Under the pieces are notes generated by a model, which was not told the origin of the DNA, ran no database searches, and saw only the letters and a program-made list of their open reading frames with translations. A DNA stretch of 64,000 bases from contig JAADVB010000080.1 in the NCBI GenBank assembly GCA_023334545.1, forward strand, positions 6,129 to 70,128, read 5' to 3'. Source of the DNA: Salisapilia sapeloensis CBS 127946 (taxonomy: Eukaryota > Protista > Oomycota). Positions 54,896 to 64,000 of this stretch are shown here, one piece after another; positions within the stretch are counted from its first letter, which is position 1; the number at the start of each line of letters is the position of its first letter. Both the position numbers and the translations under genes were made by a program.

Positions 54896-57800
54896 CTACG
54901 AGACAGAGTGTCCATCTTCTACGTGCGTCTGATGCCACGTCTGGTCCAGTACGTGGCTTAACATGTTCGTAGCTGCATGCACCGCCTCGATCTCTTGTCT
55001 GACGCCGTCATAGACTTGCTGAACCGGACCATCCATCATCTTGCGGGTGGAAATCCAGACCAACCCTGTCTGAGTCATACGTGCGTAACAAGGCAAGTCA
55101 CGATGTATGTACTGCCGGTAATAATGGACGACCCTTCTCCTGGTAACCGACGTGGATGCTGGCTGGGCCACGATCGCGTACTCGTCGTCATGATTCCGAT
55201 GGGAGAACGGAATCGGATGCAACGCTTCACAGACAAAGCCGAACTTTTGGACGAGTGCCTCTTCCACCATCTTCTGCTCGGCCGTCGATCGAACAGGCAA
55301 AAAGATCGGACACACCATCGGGTGCAGATCCAAGTTATTCGAAATTCCGACTTCTGGCACTTGTAAAAAGTCCAGATTCAGCTGCTTGGCACGTCGACCG
55401 AGCGTCCCGATAAAGTCTTCCACAAGAGCGCTTCGACACACGAGCCACTGGACTTCAACGTGGAAGCACTGGGCACTCCGCAGGTCTGTATCAAGGTGAA
55501 GGACAACCCAGTTCTGCCCGGACGGAGCGTCATTCGCCTGCAATGGGATCTTGACGTTCACCTGTCGTAGTCGTTTGAAAGCTTCGATGCCACTCATCGG
55601 TCCTCCCGTCGGTATCTTGAGTCTCGGCACATCATCTCGACTCTCTGCTTTCGATCGTAGATGCTCTAGGAATTTCACCACTCGATCCGTATACTCCTGC
55701 AACTCATCTGAATCCACTTGCTGATCGTTGCGTGCTTTCGGAGGGATAATGCAGTAAAGAATACGCTTGTACCGGATCGCTTCACTCATCTCGTCATAAT
55801 ACCCACACACCAATTGATCCAAGTAGTTCCACGCGTACTCTAGTCGCGGATACTTTCGAAACTCCTGTGAAACGCTACGAAAGGTACTATCGATCGGAGA
55901 CCACAACTGATATCGATATTCCATAATGTCCACATCACTCTTCATAGCTGTCTTCTGAAGGAACCGCTTGACGTCAATCGTCTGCGTCTCATCGTTATAC
56001 TTGATCTCATGGATCCGATGACCCATACTCAGTCGATACACTTTCTCCTTACCTCCATGTCCATGACTCACGAGCTGAAAGTCTTGGGAGAAGCGTTGAG
56101 CGACCATCTCGATCACGAGCTCCCGATAGTCTCGAAATGTCACGCCACTGTGTTCATCTCGTTCTGGCAAGATGACGCTATAAAACGCTTCGGTATAGTG
56201 CGACTGGAGCTCTTGGGATGACGGCGAGTAGTCTGTCGTAAGTGGTAGTAGAGCAGGAAAGCATAAACTCTTCCATTTAAGAACGCTTTGCACTTGCTTG
56301 TATCTCGTTCCGTCACTCGGATACAACTGACTCCACCGACGCTGGTTGCTCGTCAACTGACGCAAGATCGACACACGCGTATAGAAAAGTTCCTCTCGCC
56401 CAGCACCATCAGCTGGGAGCAAGATAGGAGATGTCGTAAATGGAAGTTGACTGCCCATGTGCTCCAGCGCATAGGAGCTGTGCGGCGTCGCATTGCGTGA
56501 TCGATTCGACCCGATGCTTTCCGGCAAGTATACGTCCTCGTCAGATAAAGTCAAATTCCCTTCCGACCCACCACTCGCTCGATCCGACCGCAACGGAGAT
56601 GAACTCGATGCATCTAGTACGTAATTATTCAAACTATCTTGACTACGTCGAGGCAAAGACTCGAGTGCCTTGTCCAGAGCAACATGCTGGAGAGAAGACG
56701 ATGCTTCTCCTGCTCTTTTCTTCAGTGACGACGGAGCAGACGGTCGGAGAGGGGGTGTCCAGACTGCTTGGAAGCCATTGTTATCACCATCAGAAGATCG
56801 AGTCGAGTGTTTCGTCTCGTTGGACCGGAAGAAGGAAAACACTTGGTCATCGTATCGGTCAAATGCTTCAGCTAATCGTTGCGAATCGATCGGGGCTGGC
56901 TGGTGATCCCGAGCTGCATGAGGTACCTGCGCTCCATCTTCCATGATAACTAGACTAGACGTTCGTGCTCGAACCAAGTCGCTCAGTGGTTCCTTTCGAA
57001 AGAACTCAGCATCTCGATCTCCTGCCGAAGTATCAAACCCATTCAGCAGCTTTTCTAATGGCTCTGGTAGACGTTGACTGTTTCCAGACTGGAGCATGCG
57101 ACACATCGGTAAAGGCTCAAAGCCTTTTGGGTGTGATGTCCGAGGCTGGCAGACATCGCAATAACCAGTGATGTCCGTGTCCAAACCGCACGTATGTGGT
57201 TCAACCATGTCTTCCTGGACAAAAGACAGAGGAATCCAGAGCGGAACAACGTACCGACTGCGTGCATTCGAGCTCTTCTTACGACAGAATCGACAGCGCA
57301 TGGATGAAGAGTAATTGTCCGTCACCGACTGGGAGTCGAATACGCCGTCCGTGGACGACGCACGAGATTTACGTGTCGATTTGCCTAACGTCGCGCCACA
57401 GTGGGAGCAGACGTCGGCATTGCTATTGTCTCCTGATCGAGACGGGAGGTGCATGTCGCCTAGTTCAGACTGTTTAAACAGGAACAACGGACATTTATGA
57501 AGAGGAGGTGTCGCGAGAGAAATGAGGTCTATGCCGATGCCATGATCCATCATCCGCTGCTCCGTAATCTCAGACAATCGCCGATTGACGCTAAAGATGC
57601 CGTTACCAGCCGTCATGAGCACGACGCTCTGGCCAGAGCGTGCGAGATGGCGGTCAATATGGTGCTTTTCGAATATGTTCAAGACGAGATTAATGGCTTC
57701 TAGTAGGTTTCCATCCTGCGCCTTGGACGGAGTACCTCGAAGACTTCCAGATTCCTTTGGTGTAAAGAAATTAGAGGGAGAGTGCCATCCACATGCTCGT

Positions 57801-59101
57801 GGGAACCCATTTAGCTCTTCCTTGAGCGTCACTAACAATGGCTCTACTTCAGTGACAAGCGTGTCGAACGTCACGCCTTTGTAAAAGTCTTGATAGTGCC
57901 TTCCGTCTTCATCCACACCGACTGCAAAGGTCTCTTCATCCGAGTACGGAAACGTAGATTTAAATGCATCGTCATCACTCTGGAGCTGCTCTGTTGACGT
58001 CAATGGTTGTGACGGCATGGAATTCACGTGCTGGGTATTACTATTAAAACTCGACGCTCGGTCTCTTCCTCCCCCAAAACTCCTATGTGCTTTTGCATCC
58101 ATATCTGGATAGTAGCTTCGAGCAAAAAAGATGATCGTAAGACTGTGTGATACTTTCTGCTTAATCCACTTTTCCAATACGGCACGAACGACCATGATGA
58201 GAATTTCTAAATACAGGCGACCAGAATTGGCTAAATCCCATAGCTCTGGACTGATCTGGATCAACCACGTGACACGAGACGTCTTCGAACGGAAGGCAAA
58301 CTTGGTCTTGTGCGAGATCACGCCGCTCTGCACTGCTTGTCCGCCTGCAGAACGCATATCTAACACCTGCCACCTCGAGCCTTGAAGACGAATGTGTTTG
58401 CCGACGTAGACAGCAGAACCGTAGAGGGATCTTGTCAAGTACCACAGGTCTCGTCGAGACATGAACTGGTCGCGTAGTGAGATCTCGATAAAGTCTACTT
58501 CGACCGTCGACTTGGCGACGAATCGCACGGTGACTTCTTCAAATGGTTGTAACTGGAACATGGATGCCGTGTCCTTTAATACACTCACTTGCATCTTGCC
58601 TTTGACAGGAGCAGCACTATTCTCTGGTATCTCAAGCAAAAGATGCTGTCGAGCATCTTCCTTGGTACTGTCATGCACATTTTCAGACTTATTATCATTA
58701 TCACACTTTTGATTGTCTTTCACAGTCGGATGGAAGATCTCGACGACGTAGTCGGCCCACGAAATGTGCTTTAGAGCAGGAAAAGCTTCCGGATTCAGTG
58801 TCAAGTCTGCTCCTGCTTGGAACTCATGCACATGCAGCTTGCACTGTGTTGCCGCAAGATGAGGGACAGCATCTAGTGATGGTAGCTTTTCCTTAGGCTG
58901 GTTGTCTGTATCGTTTTCATCCTTTGGATCAATTGAGTTCGGTCGATTCGTTCGCCGCTGTGCCGAAGGTGCAGCCGTCGACGCAGCAGCACCTGCTCGT
59001 CGGCGAAAGAAAGGAGACTTGTTGGTTCTCTTTCCAAACCCAGTGCTTTTGGTCGTATTCGTTCTCTGCTGACGTCGTTTAACGTCCTCCTTCCGCTGCA
59101 T
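54896..59101 (-). CDS. DEPDC5: GATOR1/SEA complex subunit DEPDC5/Iml1
   Basis: FMSRRDLW; FRSKTS...IQISPELW; HYQDFYK; GNLLEAINL...HHIDR...SGQSV..MTAG.G.F; PPLH.CPLF; WKSLCFPALLPLTTDY; QRFSQDFQ; LSMGHRIH; WNYLDQL; C-terminal FH.EVQWL. First ATG is 59101; the track start at 59119 is GTG. Confidence 0.92.
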   Translation of the reverse strand: MQRKEDVKRRQQRTNTTKSTGFGKRTNKSPFFRRRAGAAASTAAPSAQRRTNRPNSIDPKDENDTDNQPKEKLPSLDAVPHLAATQCKLHVHEFQAGADLTLNPEAFPALKHISWADYVVEIFHPTVKDNQKCDNDNKSENVHDSTKEDARQHLLLEIPENSAAPVKGKMQVSVLKDTASMFQLQPFEEVTVRFVAKSTVEVDFIEISLRDQFMSRRDLWYLTRSLYGSAVYVGKHIRLQGSRWQVLDMRSAGGQAVQSGVISHKTKFAFRSKTSRVTWLIQISPELWDLANSGRLYLEILIMVVRAVLEKWIKQKVSHSLTIIFFARSYYPDMDAKAHRSFGGGRDRASSFNSNTQHVNSMPSQPLTSTEQLQSDDDAFKSTFPYSDEETFAVGVDEDGRHYQDFYKGVTFDTLVTEVEPLLVTLKEELNGFPRACGWHSPSNFFTPKESGSLRGTPSKAQDGNLLEAINLVLNIFEKHHIDRHLARSGQSVVLMTAGNGIFSVNRRLSEITEQRMMDHGIGIDLISLATPPLHKCPLFLFKQSELGDMHLPSRSGDNSNADVCSHCGATLGKSTRKSRASSTDGVFDSQSVTDNYSSSMRCRFCRKKSSNARSRYVVPLWIPLSFVQEDMVEPHTCGLDTDITGYCDVCQPRTSHPKGFEPLPMCRMLQSGNSQRLPEPLEKLLNGFDTSAGDRDAEFFRKEPLSDLVRARTSSLVIMEDGAQVPHAARDHQPAPIDSQRLAEAFDRYDDQVFSFFRSNETKHSTRSSDGDNNGFQAVWTPPLRPSAPSSLKKRAGEASSSLQHVALDKALESLPRRSQDSLNNYVLDASSSSPLRSDRASGGSEGNLTLSDEDVYLPESIGSNRSRNATPHSSYALEHMGSQLPFTTSPILLPADGAGREELFYTRVSILRQLTSNQRRWSQLYPSDGTRYKQVQSVLKWKSLCFPALLPLTTDYSPSSQELQSHYTEAFYSVILPERDEHSGVTFRDYRELVIEMVAQRFSQDFQLVSHGHGGKEKVYRLSMGHRIHEIKYNDETQTIDVKRFLQKTAMKSDVDIMEYRYQLWSPIDSTFRSVSQEFRKYPRLEYAWNYLDQLVCGYYDEMSEAIRYKRILYCIIPPKARNDQQVDSDELQEYTDRVVKFLEHLRSKAESRDDVPRLKIPTGGPMSGIEAFKRLRQVNVKIPLQANDAPSGQNWVVLHLDTDLRSAQCFHVEVQWLVCRSALVEDFIGTLGRRAKQLNLDFLQVPEVGISNNLDLHPMVCPIFLPVRSTAEQKMVEEALVQKFGFVCEALHPIPFSHRNHDDEYAIVAQPASTSVTRRRVVHYYRQYIHRDLPCYARMTQTGLVWISTRKMMDGPVQQVYDGVRQEIEAVHAATNMLSHVLDQTWHQTHVEDGHSVS

Positions 59102-59245
59102 CTCGACGTGCTCGACCACGATCCTGGACGCTTTTCCCTTTTCTTTTCTGATACTCTTTTTTTTCTGAGAATACCGTCGACTCAGATGTAAATTACATGT
59201 AGCAAACGAGAGATCTTATAAAAAACAAAACAAAAGGCGAGAAAG

Positions 59246-60759
59246 ATGGAGGAGATTGGATTAGCGCCGATGCAGACGGACGAGGAGCCGCTCGTGCCTG
59301 TTGTTATGGTACATTTACACGCGTAGATCACATTCGATCGTCAGTTCCTCATCAAAGTACGTAGGATACCAAGGACGACTTGTACAACAAGTACAAATCG
59401 CTGGAACGTCACCTCGAGTTCCTCGACATCCAAGTACGTTCAGCACCTTCTTTATATCTATCAAAGCTACAAGTGGCTTATGTAAGATGGGTGGCACTGT
59501 AGGAGGGATACATCAAGGATGAAATGAAGAATCTCAAGCGAGAGCTCATTCGAGCGAAAGAAGTAATTTCATTCTCTCGTACAATCAATTCTTCCGTATT
59601 TAACGCCATCGATTTTAGGAAGTGAAGCGGATCCAGTCCGTACCGCTCGTCATTGGACAATTCCTGGAGATGATCGACGCCAACTACGGCATCGTCGGAT
59701 CCACTGCCGGCTCCAACTACTACGTCCGAATTTTGAGGTACACTTCCTGCTACATCTCTTCTCTCTCATAGTAACTCCTTCTAACACATATATACAGCAC
59801 ACTTGACCGTGAGCGTCTCAAGCCCAACTCGTCGGTTGCGCTGCACCGCCACTCGCATGCCGTTGTCGACGTCCTACCGCCCGAGTCGGACTCTAGTATC
59901 CAAATGATGCAGGTACGCTACTACCACCTCAACCTCCTATCTTCTGCATAGACTAACAACAGCTTAGATGTCCGAGAAACCGGATGTCAAGTACCAGGAC
60001 ATTGGTGGCATGGACGTTCAGAAGCAGGAAGTGCGAGAAGCCGTTGAGCTGCCGCTTACCCACTTTGAACTGTACCACCAGATCGGTGTCGATCCTCCTC
60101 GAGGTGTCCTCATGTACGGCCCACCAGGTACAGGTAAGACAATGCTGGCCAAGGCAGTCGCGAACGCCACCACAGCGTCCTTCATCCGTGTCGTCGGCTC
60201 CGAGTTCGTGCAAAAGTACCTTGGTGAAGGTCCACGAATGGTCCGGGATGTCTTCCGTCTTGCCAAGGAGAATTCTCCGGCCATTGTCTTCATTGATGAA
60301 GTCGACGCCATTGCTACCAAACGATTCGACGCGCAGACGGGTGCTGACCGAGAGGTGCAGCGAATCCTGTTGGAGCTTTTGAACCAAATGGATGGTTTCG
60401 ACCAAGCAACTAATGTCAAGGTGATCATGGCAACGAATCGAGCGGATACATTGGACCCTGCGCTATTGCGTCCTGGTCGTTTGGATCGTAAGATCGAGTT
60501 CCCGCTCCCAGACCGTCGTCAGAAGCGATTAATCTACCAAGCGTGTACGGCGCAGATGAACTTGAGCGACGAAGTGGACTTGGAGGACTATGTGAACCGA
60601 CCGGAGAAGATCAGTTCGGCCGACATTGCATCCATTTGTCAAGAAGCTGGGCTCCAGGCCGTGCGTAAGAACCGATATGTGGTGCTGCCGAAAGACTTTG
60701 ACAAGGGATACAAGAATGCCATCAGTCGTGCCGATACTACCTTCGACTTTTACCACTAA
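59246..60759 (+). CDS. PSMC4: 26S proteasome regulatory AAA-ATPase subunit Rpt3 (6B), multi-exon
   Basis: [20 protein letters not shown]...[14 protein letters not shown]...[10 protein letters not shown]; GPPGTGKT; [26 protein letters not shown]. Confidence 0.96.
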
Positions 60760-60954
60760 AAGAAGACAAAAGACAAGGAGAATACAACCACTTTGCTCCT
60801 GTCCATTTGTATTTGTTCATACTGGTGGGGTTGTATGTAGCTATTGTCTTTACCTGCAGATTTTGTAGGCAGTCTAGTAGATAGAATGATATTCGAGGTG
60901 ACTCTTCAAGTCTTTAGTAACGGATAAGCACCCCGAGTGACCATTTTCTCCCCA

Positions 60955-61503
60955 ATGGCTTCATCACAGCTACCAAGCACTCGAGTCCAGATACAATGGG
61001 TTTCTAGCACAATTCGTGGACTCAACGTGGTCACGGGAACTATCCAAAGTCTGACCGGAATCGGCAGTCTCCTACAGCTCTTTGAGTTCAATCCGACTGG
61101 CATGCTTATCGGCATTTATGTTGCGCTCCTAGGAGCTCTACTTCTTTGCTTTGAATGCCGATTTCAAACCACCTACGACTTCCTTCGTACCAACTTTGGC
61201 TTTCTCTATACACCGACAGGTCTTTCGATGTACCTTATACTATTGGGATTCCTCGATCTTGGCATGGCTGGCGACGCGTTTGCGTTTCTAGCCGGTACGT
61301 CTGCATTTGTAAGTGCGATCCTCATCCTTGCGTTGAGACTTTGCACATGTGCAGGCGATCTAGAGACTTCGTTCGCTGCGCCTCAAGTGAATTATCAGTT
61401 TGGAGGCACGTACAAAGCCATCAAAGTAAAGAACACGCTTGTTCAAGATAAGCCAACGAGTCGTGACTTGGAGCATTTACTGCCACCTTTACGCTCAAAT
61501 TAG
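60955..61503 (+). CDS. COPI-associated / TVP15-like Golgi membrane protein
   Basis: Several transmembrane segments with IGIYVALLGALLLCFE...NFGFLYTPTG...YLILLG pattern; intronless. Confidence 0.65.
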   Translation: MASSQLPSTRVQIQWVSSTIRGLNVVTGTIQSLTGIGSLLQLFEFNPTGMLIGIYVALLGALLLCFECRFQTTYDFLRTNFGFLYTPTGLSMYLILLGFLDLGMAGDAFAFLAGTSAFVSAILILALRLCTCAGDLETSFAAPQVNYQFGGTYKAIKVKNTLVQDKPTSRDLEHLLPPLRSN

Positions 61504-61807
61504 ATAAGATTACCGCCGCCAAGCCAGAGCTCATGCTAACTGAATACACACTGCTTATTTCCGATTGCAACATGCTTTCCTCGTATTCGATCGATACAAT
61601 GCATACTATAGCGAGTGGTAACCCAGCGTAAGTGTATAAGCGGTATCCCAAAAGGCACAACTGGCGCGGTCTCGCCTAAGCGTATCAACAGCTTCATTTC
61701 ATCTTCAAATTAGACCATGAAGGGACGTGAAGATGAAAATGTCGTTTCAATTGAGTCCCTTTGCACAGTCCATTCTACCGCCAAAGCACGCACTGCCAAG
61801 CTACAGG

Positions 61808-64000
61808 ATGGGAGATCTAACGCTAGCACAGTCCGAGCTACTTAAAATCGGACCAATTTCCAGCCGCCATGCTTTGGAGCTACTTCCGATTAGCAAGCAA
61901 AAGAAAAAGGTATTTAGTCCTTCGATAGGTAACTCGGGCGATTATTAACCATTCAGGAATGGCCATTAGCAAAAGTTTATCGTTTGCGATGACAGCGGGG
62001 TTGCTACAGCGTATCGAATGAAACGTGGTGAGCCCCAGGTAACATCATGTAACTATGAAAACATTAAGCTTTGTATATACTTAGGTGTTCTCTGTTTAGG
62101 TCGTATTCAAAACATATTCTCTTGGCGGTGTAATAAACTGCCTCAAGATGGGATCGGGCAAAGGAGTTGAAGACAGAGTATATATTGCAGTCACGAACAA
62201 TGTGAACGGGTTTAGCAAAAAAGGAAAAGAGTTTCTAAAGTTCCAGAGCAATTTGAGCGAACCGATTAAGTTTACGCACCTCGCGAACAACCAACTCTTT
62301 ATTGCAACAGACTACGTCTATAGTTTATACGACGTCAATACAGGCCATGAGAAACGCACGTACATGAGTCAAGATAAGATCAATGATATGCTAGTCATCG
62401 GAAATACGAGCGAATGTCCTGTTATCTTGTTGGCGTGCCAAGATCGAATGATTCGAGCTGTTGAAAAGTCAAATCTGACAGCGTCGAAAACAATGTCATC
62501 ATCAGTAACTGCTCTTGCTAGAGTGCAAACCTCTCGTTCCGATGAGCAATGCATTGCCGCAGTCTATGGTACCTCCGACGGAGAGCTTGGCATGATTTCG
62601 TTTATGGGGGAAAAACTTAAGATTGAATGGAAAACCCGAGCTGAAAGTCATTGGGGTGGCATGGTAAACACTCTATGCTGTTTCGATATGGACAATGACG
62701 GTAGACCAGAGCTACTCGTTGGTAGAGATGACGGCAAGATCCAAGTTGTTCGCTTTGATAGTGGAGGGGTCATGGACAAAATATTTGAAACTACTACAAC
62801 TGACAGTATTCGAACTATCCGTGGTGGCATTGTATCCACTTCGGGGTATCGAGAAATCATCGCTTGTACATTTACCGGTCGTATCTTAAGCTTTACTACC
62901 GAGCCTTTGGAACAAGCAGACGTTTCCGACTCCAAGGGTAGATCGAGAGGAACTGTACAACGCGAAACGCGTATCGCTAAACTAAAGAAGGATGTAGCAC
63001 AACTAGAAGATCGAGTCATGAAAGAGCGCGATAAATCGTCCAGGCAGAAGAACGGACAATTCATGAAGCTTGCGGATGAAATAGTTATGAACACCAAGTT
63101 TCAGCTTAATCCATTATTGGGTGCGTACGACGTTTCCATCGAGATACCGGTCGACATCCATTCTGTTGTGCTACACTCTTCCGTCCCAATTGATTTACTC
63201 GAGATTGAAAGCAACCTAGCTGTCGTCGGTAAGTCCAAGACAGATCCAAAGAACGGAACACATTTCCTTGCGACCTATCGTTGTCTCGAGCCTTCCCATC
63301 GACTCGAGTTTCAAATCCGCACGATTGAAGGACAGTTCGGAGAGATCGAAGCTACTGTCCTTACAAATTGCGCACCAAAGTCAGCGCAAACGATTATATT
63401 CCATGTGAAACCTTTGTCCATGCATATGCGAATTACGGAGCCTATCTCGGAAGAAATGGAGACACCAATGAATATTTTACATTTCACTGGACCTTTCACG
63501 GCACTGCAAATGCATGACTGGGTAACGATGTGCCTTCCAGACGTCCCGCCACGCTTACCTGGCAATGACGTGACACTCTACTATAAGAATGCCTTTGTTA
63601 AGGATCTGCTGATCTGTCATTACGAAGCAGAGGAAGCGACATTCCGGTCACCTTCAGTGTCCGTGATAGCGATACTGAAGGAAGTTATTACGAAGGAGGC
63701 GACTGTGCGAAAAGTTTCGGTGAACATGACACTGGACATGAAGAAGGAGACGACGCCAGTCATGTTGCATTTACTACGACCACTATTGGATGCCAAACAC
63801 GCTCTTGCATCTCAAATGAAACTGTTGGATGGATTGAAAGAATTGCAAACGCATGAAGAAGACTACTCTGCATGGATGACACCAGAATACCAAGCTATAC
63901 TCCATGATGCCGAGAACATCAGTACCAATTTCAAGACAAGTCCGAAAGCACTTCACTACCTCGCCGGGTTTCTTACGGATCTGTATGTCGATCTGTGCAA
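61808..64000 (+). CDS. BBS7: BBSome subunit BBS7, truncated at the window end
   Basis: MGDLTLAQSELLKIG...LLPISK/QKFIVCDDSGV...MKRGE/VVFKT...GFSKKGKEFLKFQSNLSEPI...YMSQDKINDM...ILLACQDR; a long final exon is open to base 64000. Confidence 0.9.

Noticed and set aside
59953-60756. Minus-strand ORFs inside the Rpt3 gene
   Set aside because: Antisense shadows of a highly conserved gene.
1-64000. CRISPR arrays, rRNA, tRNA, snRNA, intact transposons or viral inserts
   Set aside because: No regularly spaced direct repeats, tRNA-like arms, or RT/integrase/transposase motifs were seen by eye. The capping gene has spliceosomal introns and host-like codon usage, so it is not a recent viral insertion. 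tRNAscan-SE, Rfam and RepeatMasker runs would be needed to exclude small elements.

Overview
Eukaryotic, very gene-dense window from an oomycete-like stramenopile with a flagellated stage. This is inferred from short GT-AG introns with CTAAC-type branch points, a UGPase-phosphoglucomutase fusion, a GCTCATT-type initiator element, and ciliary genes (BBS7, CFAP20-like, IQCH, katanin p80, CCDC191-like). About 32 protein-coding loci can be read with the standard code, two of them truncated by the window edges, plus one clear short-chain dehydrogenase pseudogene. I recognised no rRNA, tRNA, CRISPR array or intact mobile element. Most notable: (1) 17 consecutive genes alternate strand, with very small head-to-head and tail-to-tail gaps; (2) a capping enzyme fusing a tunnel-metalloenzyme (Cet1/CYTH-type) triphosphatase to a guanylyltransferase; (3) a PH-domain SNAP-25-like Qbc-SNARE with a non-canonical zero layer; (4) a NACHT/STAND-like NTPase without sensor repeats; (5) a six-fold RPxSS array in katanin p80; (6) a DEPDC5/Iml1 apparently lacking its DEP domain. 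Exon boundaries were assembled by eye and all family calls come from motif recognition without database searches.
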